DNA from: Klebsormidium nitens | Lineage: Eukaryota > Plantae > Klebsormidiophyceae | Assembly (NCBI GenBank): GCA_000708835.1 | Contig: DF237251.1 | Location: 1 to 64,000, forward strand | Direction of reading: 5' to 3' | Length of the DNA: 64,000 nucleotides | Shown: piece by piece, positions 17,801 to 30,800 of the stretch | How the letters are laid out: the number at the start of each line of letters is the position of its first letter | Numbering within the stretch: position 1 is the stretch's first letter | Notes under the pieces: generated by a model | What the model was told of the DNA's origin: nothing | The model's database searches: none | Seen by the model: only the letters and a program-made list of their open reading frames with translations | Translations under genes and position numbers: made by a program

Positions 17801-19524
17801 AAGGCCAAGCGATGAAGCGGACCACGTTCTTTATGTACCGTGTCTCGCTAGGAGTTGGTGCTTTGCTAGGTCGAGTTTGTGCTGACAGCTTTGCATGAGA
17901 GAGTTCTGAAAGCTGAAAGTTGTTCGGTCAAGCATCTCGTGGCTCCCGGCGAGCAGCACAATCTCTAATCTGTCACCATAGACGTGACCGCGTCCACTTC
18001 ACCATAGACGTGACCGAGTCTACTTCTGCAGATGCTCGAGCTGACTGCTACGATGGAGAATCACGTCAATCTGTGGAAGGCGAACGATACGAGGTGAGAT
18101 TTCAGCGGAGCGTTGAGCGTCTCTGAAATTCTTGGGATCTCACCTGCCGACAAGGCGTTGACGCTTTCTTCTAAGCTCGTATTGAAAGGCTGGTAGACGG
18201 AGTATCTTCAATATCCCGCACACAAGCATGTATATTGTGAAACTGTCCTTGAGGCTTGTGATTGTCAGACTTCTCGGGGATTCTCATCAAAGAGCCCCTA
18301 AATCTCCAGGAAGGACCTTCTGGAAAGGATGATCACGGAGTTCAACCCCAACAGATGCTGGGACCCACGGTGGGACACGCAGAGACACTTCCTCGAGGTA
18401 AGCTCCCTGTTGACATGCTGCCGTCGGTTGCCGAATGTTCGTACACTTATTGAAGTGGAGACGCTTGATGCGGATACTCGCCTCGTCATTGTTTTTGAGA
18501 TCGAGGAGCTTTGCGGGCGTACAGGACGACTTCGTCCGGCGTGGAATTCGTGACATCTCTCTAGCTCATTTTCTATCAGCTTCGACATTTTTTGACGAGC
18601 TTCATTTCAACCACGTTCCACGTTTGCTGTAGCCTGTGTAGGGGCTACCTTTTGGCGAAGAGTCGAGTAGCTCAGATTGCCTGGCTCAAATAAACATGGT
18701 GCCTTTCCTTTGCAGACAATGCTGAGCCCGGAGCAGAAGCTGCGATTCATCATAGAGTACTTCCTTGCCATCTGTCCGAAGGTGCGTGCCATGTAGACAT
18801 TCTGCCGCCAGTGTTTCAAACCTTTGTTGGCGGTTTTCAGATGTCAAATCAAGTTCGCAGCACAAACTGGTCAACATAAGAAGCAGTTTAATTTAACGAG
18901 CAGGTCTTGTTTGAGAAGGATTATGGGAGTATCCGTCTGACTTCGAAGAAAAATCTGGCCCGCTTTCGTCCGGATGCTTTGTTGGTCACAGAGGAAGCTC
19001 GTATAGACTCGCCTCGGTGATGCACAGGGGTCCGAGGCTGTGAAAGTCTTGCAACAAAAAGGGCGCAAGGCGACCGCGTGCGATCTGCTGACAGCAGTCC
19101 GAGAGAATGTCAAGAAGATGCTGAGCAGCCGCCACAGCACCCCCGACGAGCTTTCGCTCCTGGTGGCACATGCAGCACAGGCAGGCCTCTCAGCACCCTT
19201 TCTCTTCCCCCGCTTCTGCCGTTCCGCATTTGCTGTATCCACATTGCCCCGACTCCATCCTTCCGTCCGCTCGGTTGTCAATTGAGTCGTAAGTGCCCCG
19301 CCAGATTCTGTTGTCCTGAGCTTGCCACCGAAACAGTAGGGGGGGACCTTTTATCCCCTGTGCGTCGACTTGGCTCTATGTTGCAGATACGAAATGGAAA
19401 TCCTGAAGTTTACGTCTCCACACCGCAGGCTGATCTCCTTTTGGGCACAGTCAACGGGGATCGGCTGAAGCAGTTGAAGCAGGAGCTGGATGAGACGAGT
19501 GAAACCGTCGGAGCACCAGAGTAA
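14877..19524 (+). CDS. SNI1: SNI1 (NSE5 subunit of SMC5/6) homologue (13 coding exons, about 600 aa)
   Basis: Exons 14877-15118, 15268-15436, 15602-15736, 15872-16054, 16377-16458, 16766-16830, 17054-17221, 17463-17699, 18032-18093, 18310-18397, 18716-18781, 19007(or 19028)-19180, 19387-19524. Blocks are collinear with Arabidopsis SNI1 as recalled: EDQHKLVDAI~EDRLQYLEAV; LPSKKLFTSI~PPTNKMYQAI; YELLKKLQQKFP~FQLLTQLHQRFP; KLGSCLMFKYLVALLYDDLSCRLAVY~ILGNMFLFKYLAHVLKLDFTPRNQVY; EQKLRFIIEYFLAICPK~KWKLEIVLQYLTKYIPK; LLVAHA~ILIGHA. The start is uncertain: an upstream exon 14142-14204 could add 28 aa in frame. Confidence 0.82.
17973..18024. repeat. 26 bp tandem duplication just upstream of a splice acceptor
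   Basis: TCACCATAGACGTGACCGCGTCCACT followed by TCACCATAGACGTGACCGAGTCTACT (2 mismatches). Confidence 0.9.
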
Positions 19525-21848
19525 GCACGGAACCATGCTCTAAACGATTTCATTGAAGCCTGGGAATTCGTGACTAACTATGCTGAAGCATTTGAAGGAG
19601 CTGCTATTCTTACGAGGCAATGTTGAGCAGAAGGATGACTTGCCTTCCTGAGTCGTTGATATTCACGGCTGTCATCTTGCAGAAAGAGGGGACTGCCCCT
19701 GTCGGCATCATCTCATGCGGCGCTGGTCGCAGCAAGCATCACAATCAGGTTGAATCAAGATAAGTAAGGCGTGGAGTGCGTGCAGTTTACCTTATACCTG
19801 TCAGTGAAGCAAAAGTGTACTTGAACAGTAACCCAGGTTGACAGTGTTGACCAATGGCGACTTCCAGCTTGTCCATTTGAATGCTGGGAGTCCGCTCTAT
19901 CGAATTCGTCTTTTTAAAACGTTCGAGTAAACTTTACAACCAGGCAGAGTCTTTGCCGGTTTGTCGATCTGCTCCAGCATTGTATTCAACAGCCACCTTC
20001 GGGACTTCATCTGCGACCAAAGTCCGGTTGCTAAACCATTTTCAACATGATCATCCTCTTTTAAACATTCTTCAGACTGCGGACGACTGTGAAAAATAAA
20101 CGTTCGCAATTGTACGGCGGTGGATCTTGCAAAGGACGTGTGTACGAGTCTTCTTGTCCTTGCCTTGATGCCTGACGCCGTATGGATACTTTATGCTAAA
20201 AACAATCGTCCGTATGCTCTATCTGAGGTTCATGAACGATGATGGCGTCTACTATTATGCATCTGGTAAGTATTCTTTATGTGACCTTACATGGTTCTAG
20301 CATGCAGTAAAGAGTGTGCACTTGAGTCTTGGTGACTACAGCTCATGCATGAGTGGACGCAGGACATGACAATGGGTAGATCCTATCTGTGTGCGGCCCA
20401 CCCTTTTATCGGTTGGACTGTGTACGTCAACGGCCATCCACCACACCGCGCCGCATGGCCATTCAAGTTGAGGTTCGACGGCATTCTTGATGGAGATTCC
20501 CCGGAAACTAACTAGTAATACGCTGAAAACGAGTCTGAATGACAATCAGTGCATGGTGATTCGTTGCCGCTCCGCTTTTTTGAGAGCCCCAAGCTCTTTG
20601 AAATTTGGTCACCAAAGTTTTTGATGCAGGCTCGGGTCCTTGCATGCCAGGTACCAATACTCGCAATCGCTAGCCTGGATGATGGCGCGGATTTCGCAAG
20701 GCAAGCTTTTAGCTTAATCCCATCCTCGACCGTGTGACGATGTACCGTAGTACCGCGCCGTCGGTCTCTAGGGTCAAAGGAATCAGCCATGCTTCCCAAC
20801 ATTCCCGGCTAGGACGCGTTGCAGCCTCGCTCTGGCCGCGAATTGCTGCTACTCACGTACCGCATGATTCGCCAGCTAGCTCCGATTAATCCGATCGCCC
20901 CGGACGGTGCACGAGCGCAGGCTCCGGTATACGTACCGTGTATGACTATAGAGCCTAGCTCGGGGCCGCCAGGTATAGTGACGAAGCTGCGGCGCCGCGG
21001 CTGTGACCGCGCGGCCGCGCGCGGCTATGCGAGTTAGCAGAACCTCTAATCGGACGGTTCGCAACCTGCTACTTTTATTTCGTATACGTGGCAGCACCGA
21101 AACTCTCAAGGTTACGTCACTTCGCCCATCGTTCCCCTTTCTTGCTCGCGCGCAAGCTGTTATTAGCTGATATAGACGATCGGACGGTGGCGATGTTAGG
21201 CTTGACAACGGCTAGCTCTACATTGCGTCAACTGGAGTCAACTGCGGCCCATGATGATGCAGCACTTGGGTCTTCCTTGAACTCTTTGATTCAGATCTCA
21301 CTCTGAGTCTGGACTTGAAGACTCGCAGACTCGGGCAGAAGCTGCAGCCAGAACAGACGGTACTGCAATCTGCCAGAAGGCCAGAGGCGCTGGCCACAGC
21401 TGGCTGCTGGACATGACGCAGAACGTACATGTGCATTCGTGATGAACGCCACACCTAAAAGCTTAGGAGACAAGGTCATGGCAACCTGATGTACCGTAAG
21501 TGTAGAACTAGTCTTTCATTACTTGCCTAGCTCAACTTTGCAAGTGGCGGCACTTGATTGTCGTGCAGCGATTGTGCAGCTGAAAGTGGTCAGCTGTTGC
21601 GAGATATCGGTGGTGGAGAAAGTGTGGAGAAAACACTTTTGGAGCTGAGCACTTAGGATTCCGAGATCACAATTCTCAGATTGCCATCTTGAAGTACTTA
21701 AAGCATCGTCGACCTCAAGCACACGGGACTTCTCCAGGCACCTGCGTCATCAACAAAGTGGCAGCAGCCGCAAGTTGCTCTTCAGAAAAGTTAATGGCCG
21801 TCTCTTCCCAGCATTGACAGAAGTTTGCCTTTATATGGAGGCAAAATG

Positions 21849-24800
21849 ATGTTCACTGACGGCCTCGACCAGAACGAGCTGGAATGGGTCCGCAAGGTAA
21901 GGTTTTGGACAGCGCCTCAGGCTGTCAACTGAACCCCACGCCTGCTTAAACTCACGGGCGTTGAACCTGCTGTCTACCCAGCATGCAAGAAAGGTGGCAG
22001 TTGCCAGCGGACGGCATTGGTGACTAGGTGGACATTGACCCGTTGGCACCACCTTGTGAACAACTACAGGGGCAGTCATTTGCCAAAACCCGTGAAAATG
22101 CATTTAAATAGATCACCAGTTGCGATATTCTGGCCTTTCTGCTGCAGAATGAGGTGGCCGGTCATGCTGCATGTCAAGAGGCCTCAATGCAGGAGATCTG
22201 TAATATAGTTCTCTGGTTTATCCAGTGTGCAATTGTTGTGGAAACCGACTCCAATCTGGCCAGTCATGGGGTACTGGTTAAAAACCTTCACTCAAAGCAG
22301 AGTCCAAACCAGTCAGGGGCTTGCCGCACTCTTCCTATTTATGAAGTGCACCGATCCATAGCCTCATGTTTTGCAGACATCAAACAACCGGCAGCGGCAG
22401 CAAGCCCCAGATCTGGCGGGCCGCTCTGCCGGGTTGCCTCCGACGCCTCCCAAGAGCCCCCGGGGCATGCACCGCGGGCCGGTACCCTTGCAACCCCAAG
22501 ACTCGGTGGACTTCAGCAACCAGAACAGCCCCATCCCAGGTCTCCCCAGTGTCCCCCTGTCCAAGCACTTTGTCCCTAGCTACACGGGGGCCAGCCCCCG
22601 AAGCAGTGTCTCACCACTGTCGGCCCTGCCAGGCAACTCGGGGGGTGCCGAGAGCTGCGGATCTACCGGCAACAAGTCAGAGAAGCAGGCCAGGGGGGAG
22701 GCAGAGATCGATTCAGATGATGATGCTGCAAGCGGCCCTGTACAGAGCAAGCGAGGGCGGCCGGACCAGCATTCGCGGTGGGCCCTGGACGCGATTCGAA
22801 ACCGTGCGCTCTGGCAGCGCAGGAGCAGCATGCGGCAAGCGGGGGCGGTGGCGGAGGACGACGAAGCGTCCCCCTACAAAGTGCATGTGGAGCAGACCTT
22901 CGACGAGGACGCAGAGGGCAGCGGGCGCAGTGCGGAGCGGTCCCCTGTGGTTAGCGTCCGGGCGTACCGCCACAGCTTCGGGCCAGACTTTCCAAGCAGC
23001 AGGAGGAGAGATCCAGAGCATGCGGACGGGGATCCGGTGCGGAGACCTGACTGGGAGAACAGGGGGCCAGATGAAGAAGAGGAGAGTCCCTGGGAGAGGC
23101 CCTACTTTTTGCAGAAGCCGGAGTCTGCAGGGGGAACGCCCCGGTCGACCGTGAGCACGCCCTACTCTGACACCACCACTGTGTCCCATAGCCACGCCAC
23201 GGGCATGACCACCCCCAGTATGGATCCCCACCCAAGCGGCCTGGCGTCAACAGACGCCTCCGAGCCCCCCACCCCTGGCACCACCAGTGCTGCCCATAAC
23301 GTCAATGGTGACATCACCACCGTAGCGCGGAGCAGGAGCGTGACGCCGGAGCCCAGAGAAGAAGCGGACCAAACGCATTCGGAACATCCCCCGTCAGCTC
23401 CACCCATGGCAGATTATTCTGGGGAGGATGCGGGATCCCCCCCCGGGCCGCTTGCAGATGTTCCGACGATGCCGGTGCTAACCCGTCCGATCCATCATCT
23501 GCATTCGGCCACATGGTCACCATCGCAGGAGCCAACGACACCTGGACGCACCAAAAGGTGAGCCATTTCGGTGATGCACAGATTTGGGAAGGGGCCAGTC
23601 CGAATTTCGCTTCTGCAGATGCCAAAGGACTCTCTGATGGCCTTGCTGGGCTCAGATTGGACATCCGCGGCGTCAGGTGGATTTGAGGAGAACTCTCAGA
23701 GGTGTGACTTTTGGAGTGAAATCCTTTCGATGTGGTGTGCCGACTTCGTCGTCACCAAGACACGGTCAAGGAGATTGAAGCTGGTTGTGGTGACCAGATC
23801 TGACTGAGTGACTACCCTCCTTCCTTTCCAAACAAGACATATCACGATATCATTTGGGTGCTCAGTTGATGCATAACAGCCATTACTGTGGTATCTAAAC
23901 ATCATATCCGAGCTGCTTAATTGGAACACATCGGATACTCCGTTCTTTCCTTGATTGCACCTTTCGTGCTTGATACATCATCTTCCTTGACTGTCACGTT
24001 TTCCCCCCCTTCAATCCCACTCCTTCCTTGTTCTCACAAGCCCCCTCTAACTTTCTCTTTCGTTGTCCTCACCCCGCCTCTCCCTCACTGATCCAGGTAT
24101 GAAGCCGCCATGGCTATGGCTGAGGGCGCTCACTCGCCCCTCTCGAGCAGCGGCCCCCCCGACGCCTTTGCCTACACCAACGGGCCCGAGGCGTGGCAGG
24201 CAGTGGTCACGTATGATGCGGTGGTGCGGCTGTGCCTGGTGGGGTCGGCACGCGGCTGCCTGGAGGCGCATCAGTTTCTGCACGACGGCTGCGAGCTGCT
24301 GCGTGCCAGCTTCGGGTGAGTCCGTTGTGTGCCAAACTGCTGGCTTTGGCTCCATTTCTTTGAATCTTAGCTCTGGTCTCCGGAAGGTCCAGAAATGTGG
24401 ATGTTGGCTTCAGCTCGTTTCGCAATACTGGATGTTCTGAGCCTTCAATGCCTTCTTCACCCTGTCAGCCAACAAAGGACTGTTCGACCTTCTGTATTTT
24501 TGAGACCGTGAATAGTGCTTGCCGAGACTGCTCGCGGGCGCATTGGCTTTCAACCGGCGAATTACATTCCGGAAATAGCCGATTCACAGGGATGAGACCG
24601 TGTTCTCGCAAATCGAAAGCCTTTCCTCGAACCAACTCCTGTACTTTCTGAACCGGCCTTCAACAGGGGTATTGGTCCGCTTCGTCCACCATTTTTCACA
24701 AAACGCTCCAAGCAAGTCGGCCCTACGATGCTCACGTTATTATAACTGCAGAGAACTCTCCTTCCAGCTGCTCCCTCTAGTGCAGAGAATTTAGTCCACC

Positions 24801-27800
24801 CGTTCAAAGCCCTTGTCGAGATGCTCACACGGCCTGCTTCTTCCTTCTAGGCTGGACCAGGTGTTGCTGCAGCCCGCCCATCAGCGCCGCAAGGTCCCCG
24901 ACAAAGCCACGGGCGGGGTCGCCCAAAGTGCGCCGGTGGTCGGGACTCTGAAAGTCCAGGTGCGGCGCATCAAGCTGGGGCAGGAGCGCAGCGTGTCGCA
25001 GAAAGCGGCCGTGCTGACAGGCAAGGTGGCCAAGGCTAGCGCACGCGCGGGGAGCAAGTACATGCGCCAGGTGTCCACGTGGGTGCACCGCGCAAAGACA
25101 AGCGAGGGCGCATCGACGTCGCAACGTGAGCGTTTCTTAATCACCGGAGTTGTTTGGTAGAGGAATTGACGACGCTGTTTCCGCATGGCTCGGCGAACAG
25201 AATTTCCTGCTCATGAAAGTCTTTCCATTGAAAAATCGGACTGTGTGTCCGGCATCTGCTGTGTTGACTACAGCACCTAATCGGCTTAAGTATACAAGAG
25301 GTCACTGCCAGAGAGTTCTCAGGCACGCATCTTCGAGTCTCTTTTACAAGTCTCAGCATTATCGAGGCCCTCTTACCTGTCTCCGGGACCTCTTGACCCA
25401 TCGTTAGGTGTGAAGCGACTTTGTTGGTTAACCAGACTAGGTATTAGAGGGAACAAGCCTGACATCACTCTGCCTTTATAACCCTCCAGTGTCAGCGGGC
25501 ACTGCAGACACGGCCGGCCACAGCCACCGGACGGACGTGGAGGACTCCCCGACGTCAGCATCGCAGACGACGCAAGGTGCGGTGGCGGTGCAGCTGTTCT
25601 GCCTGCTGCGGCTCAAGAGCGTGCCCCCGGACAAGGCCATCAAGGTGGAGCCAGGCACGGGGGAGACGTACAAACTGTGAGCCCCTCGCTATTCCCCGCT
25701 CCGCGTTTCCTTTCCGTTTCACTCAAGTATGTACGGATACCTCGATTGGGTAAATGGTTCATATCGTTCACCCCTGTCCTCCTCGCAAGCCGGTTGCAAA
25801 CGGTTGCAGGTAACCTGGACTCGAAAAATACAGATATGAAAAGGGCGTAAAAGAACGGTTCTTCCTCCAAAGGCCCACATAACTCGAGATCCGAGGTCCC
25901 AGTATGCCGGGAGCAGTCTCCTTCCAAAGAGCGTGTAAAGAAAGATGGTCTTCGACGTTTTGCTGCCGAAGAGTCTAGCAAGTTTGTGACACGGGGTGAC
26001 ATGCCGCTGTGTGCAGATTGCCAGAGACTCCCGGGGACGATCTGGTGCTCGACATCGTGGATGCCAAGGGCGAGGTCAAGGGAGTGGTCACGGTGCCGCT
26101 GGCATCTATGGACGATACGCCGGTGAGCAACTGTGGCGTGATTCGGACAGGGCGGGTCGGCGCAGGCTTCGTCCAGATTGTATCAAAGTGGCCCACCTTC
26201 TGCACAACTTTCACTCAGGCCCTGATGATTTTCAAAGCTGAGTAGCTGTGAGTCGGGAAAACAATTGCGTAGCTTGCTCCGAGGTCATTGGTCTCGTACG
26301 TTGGTCCTCTGATCCCTTATGCTGCTATCTTTGTGTTATTGCGCTTGGAAGATGTTACACCACGGCCTGTCACGTGCTCGCTTAGAGTGACGTCTATTCC
26401 CACCGCTTTCAAAGCCTTCCTTTCGAGCAAGCGAACGTAAGAACATACGGAGAGCTATGTTGGACTTCTGACCTCACCCCGACCTCACCCCGACTTCAGC
26501 ACGAGCAAAGCCGTCTTTTCTCCCCGTCCACAGGCGTCGCGCGTGCGGTGGGTCCACTTCTACGGCCTGGAAAACCGTGCGGAGATGATCGGGCGCGTGC
26601 AGCTGTCGCTCATTTACACGCTGGCGGGCGTAGGCCCTGGTGCCGCCAAGTGGCAGCCCACCAGCGAGACGGCCGCTTATGATATTCTGGTGGGGGTCGT
26701 ATTGCGCGCGCTCGGGTTCCGGCAGCGCGAGCTGCAGCTGTACGGGCCCTGGCGTTGGCTGCTCGACGAGTTTGCGCTCTACTACGGAGTCAGCGACAGC
26801 TACACGCGCCTCAGGTGGGGGCCACGTCCTAGGACACAACGTGGCAGATTTATTGTCCTTGAACCTCCAACTTTCGAAGAACTCGACACCGGATTGGCGA
26901 CTCCTGCGGTTCTTTGGTCAACGGGCATGATCTTCGGCCGTTTTTGCTGTCAGTTGTGCTGTTTCAAATCCATGGAGTTGGTGGGGTGGTCCAAATACAG
27001 CTCCGAGAGGCGAACCTTGATGATTGTGGTCTTGTGCTTAGTGCGTGATCTCTTTTGGAAACGCGTACTAGGCATGCCCTGAGCGATCACAGAGTTCCGT
27101 CGCTGCCACAGGTACTTGACCCACGTGATGCACGTGGCGACGCCCACCAAGGACTGCCTGGAGCTCATCCACGAGCTGCTGGCACCCGTGCTGCAAGCCG
27201 GCGCAGACGACGCGCTAACACGGCAAGAGGTGAGCGGGAAGGAGCTTAACCAAATGGACGAAAGCGGAACTGCGACGGACTCATGGATTCTCAACTGCAG
27301 CTGAAAATGCATTACTTCCAACCTTTCTTTCTGAACAACTTGGTCAAAGATGCCGGTCCAGCAATTTTTTTACGGGTGCCACGACGGTAGGAGGCTTGAA
27401 CTCTGTTTCAATCTCCACTCTCCGGATCCGCAGAGGTCTTCATTTCTGTCAACATTCATTCAAGCGCTCCAGACTATAGCAAGCTTGGACCTTCGTCCGA
27501 TATGTCTGCCCTCCTTGTCCTGTGTTGTATACATCAATCGTGCTGTAGGAAGGCTGCCCTCTACATATTTGAGTTCCGTACTTAACCACCTTTTCTGCGC
27601 AGCGGCACATTCTGACTGCGGTGGAGGACCAGGCGAACGCGCTCCTCGCGTACACGTTCGAGCACTACAAGTCGCTGGACGAGGACGCGCCGCTAGGCGT
27701 CATCGAGGCGCACATGCTGACGCCCAACTACCAGCCGACGTCAGCGGGGTCCGCCGCGCCCGCGCTCGCGCCCGCGGTGCAGCTGTACGCGCTGCTGCAC

Positions 27801-30800
27801 GACATCCTGGCGGTCAAAGTGCAGGAGACGTTGCGCGCACACCTCCAGGTAACAGCGCTGTCTTAAAGGCCTCAGTCGTCTATGTGCGTAAGAGATTTGG
27901 TTCTAGCACCGAATCTTTCATTGGCAGTGCGGAATCGGAAAAGGGTTTGCAAAGTTGGGCGTGCCCTACACAACAAGAGAGCAAGAAGTCGAAACAAGAC
28001 CTGCTTTCCATTAAAAAAAAGCTGCTCGTCTTACTCGGCAGGAATCCTTGAAGAGCACAAACATCTTTGGACGGAAGAGACAGCCAGGCACGCCTGCGAA
28101 AGAAGGCTCTGTCTTACTGGGTTTTTGGAACGATTAGAGTATGCTTAGCACAAAGGCGTGTATTCTACTTGTTTGTCCCTCTCGTCGGTTGGTCAGTCGC
28201 TCTAGCATCCCGTGGCTCGTGGAAGGAATGGCTACGAAGATTTTGCGCTCGCTCGAAAGTGACCTGCCCAGCAGAATTTTAGTCAACCCATTGAAGTCGT
28301 CGTTTGGTGAAACCCACACGAGCACGGATCTTGACGTCAGCAAGCTGTTGCCAATCCTTCTGACAGCTGCCCTCTCTCACCGGCAGGTCGCGGCTCGCAA
28401 GCGGTGCCAGCTGTCGGACGGTGACGGCGTGCCCGAGCTGTCGGAGCTGGACGGCGCGGCGGGGTACGCGCGCATGCGCGCTTTGTGTGTGCAGTTGGGC
28501 AGCGAAGTGCGGCTCGACATCGAGATCCACAAACAAAACATCTTTCCCAGGTCAGCTGCCAGGCCGGATTGTGTGCCCAAGGAGACCAAAGGATATTCAC
28601 AACGTTTTAACATGCACTTTCCTCTATGTGTGTTTGGCTCTTTTCTTAAATTGAGTTGGACATGTACAGCCTGTCGGGCGTCGCCGGACTGTGCATCGAA
28701 GCCGTCGTTTCGACGTTGCTGGATTTCAATGCCTCTGTTGGCAGGGGCACTCGTTTCTGGTTTTAAGACCTCCGACTGGTGGTCAGAACACCTGTATCGC
28801 CTCAGTTCTTTGCTCGCATCACATCCGACGTCGTATGTCTGCATCCGGATCAATCACAAAGAAAGATCTCGCTCCAATTCGAGGTCTCATCCTACTCTCC
28901 CGCTCTTCTTCGCCGCAGTTCCATCGACCTGCCCAGCATCAGCGCGGACATCTACAACCTGGAGCTGGGCGCCAAGCTGCGCGCGTTCCTGAGCGCGTGC
29001 CCCCCCCCGGCGCCATCCCCTCCCTGCGTGGACCTATTGCACGCCGTCGCCGACTTTGAGGCCGACCTGCAGGAGCGCGGCATCCACTGCTCCCCCGGGG
29101 TCGGGGTCAGCGCGCTCGGCCTCTTCGGCGACTACATCGAGGTGCGGGAGCGCATCCTGTTGGCAGGATTAGCTGTCCTCCGGAGGTTTCGTGCATCCTG
29201 AGGGCTAGCATCGTCGTAATAAGAGCTCTGTCTCCTGGAGCATCGAGGATGGCGACATCTTTACCTGAAGGGTCTTGAAATGTGCTCTTTTTTCCAGTGT
29301 TGGAATCGGTGGAAACCGTGCGTTGTCGCTCAAGCTCGTTACGCTGCTTGTGCGCTTGTCCGAAACTTCTGCTTACGCCATGATGAGGCGGATTGGGACT
29401 TACTTCGAACCGCAGGACTGGGCCTAGTCCGCTCACCCTGCTGATATCGCTCTCCATTCCCGAGCCACCAACTTATGTGTTTTCCTCGGTGTCAGTACGC
29501 TCACCATATACCTCTGCACCTGTCGTAGAACACAAGGCGTTCGCGGCTCTGCTCGTACTGTCGTCACGCGGGCATCCACGATAGACCCGTATCCCCTTGT
29601 CCTCCTCTCCAGGTGTGGATCCAGGACACTCGGCTGAAGCTGCTGGACCTGTGCAAGGGCGAGAAGCCGAAGGCGGTGGCCCCCACGGCGGTGTCGGAGC
29701 GCAACGGCACGGCGCCGTTCGTGGAGGACATGTACGCGCGCATCAAGGACGCGCTGCAGGACTACGAGCGCGTGGTGTCCCGCTGGCCGCAGTACGCCGT
29801 CACCCTCGAGAACGTAAGGCCCGTCAGCGCTGAAGCCCACGTGGTTAGAATGCGGGAAGAAGTCGGGACGGCAAAGTCGGTCCTGGCGTCCCGGCTTTCT
29901 TTGTGCTGTCGTTGGAAGCATGGGGGTGTAAGATGCGTGTGAGCATCAAGTCGTATCGTGGTAGTTATCTGGAGAATCACAGAGACACTGACATTTAACG
30001 ACACTGCACGCTCCAGCAAATGTTGCAAGCCTTTTCTCTTTGTTGCGCCTGGTTGATCGAAAAACTGGAAACGTTTCATTTCCTCCGTTCATAGCCCGAG
30101 CCTTCGGCGACTGATGCTGTCCTTCTCGTCACGAGTCTCAAAGAATGCTCGCCACTAGTACTGACACGTGTCGCGTTCTGCCGCAGGCGCTGTGCGAAGT
30201 GGAGCGCGGCATCCTGGCGGCCCTGGAGCGCAACTACGCGGAGGTGCTGCTGCCGGTCAGCGCGGGCGCGACGCCCAAGATGGCCAAATACGTCAACAAG
30301 CTGCGCCGCAAGCAGCAGCCGCTCTACGTCGTCCCGCAGCAGGTCAGTGCGCGAGCACAATGAGAGAATGATACAACGAGAGAATGATACAAGACCAGGG
30401 GCAATGCTTCGTGCGTTGTCTTTGCGATGAAACGAGCCCACGAGTTACGAATTTGAGAGACTGAATGCCGACTTCGTGTCTCGAATGGATTGGAAGCTGT
30501 CTTCAAAAAGTGGGTTATATGTGATATGAACCGAATGATGCAGAGAAGTTCTTTGAGCGAGGTCCTGGGCTTCTCAGCGCTGGGGCAGACGGCCTCCACA
30601 CCTCTCATCTGTCGAGATCGAACCACATGATTGTTGAGTGAATCTCCTGCTATTCGCACTACAATTCCTTTGCGTTCAACTGAACAACAGTGTGATTACA
30701 GCACTGAATCACCCCAAGCCTCACGCGCTGACCCGTCCGTCCTTTTTGCCCAACAGTTGGGCGTCATTCTCAGCACGCTGAAGCGGCTGCTGGAGTCGCT

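Noticed and set aside
18310-18553. Resemblance to NELF-C/D (KDLLERM; LDADTRLVIVF)
   Set aside because: The second motif lies after a strong GTAAG donor at 18398 and is intronic. The full spliced protein matches SNI1 across many more blocks.
26474-26495. Very short intronic duplications (CTCACCCCGAC x2 here; GAGAGAATGATACAA x2 near 30362)
   Set aside because: Ordinary slippage products with no sign of function.
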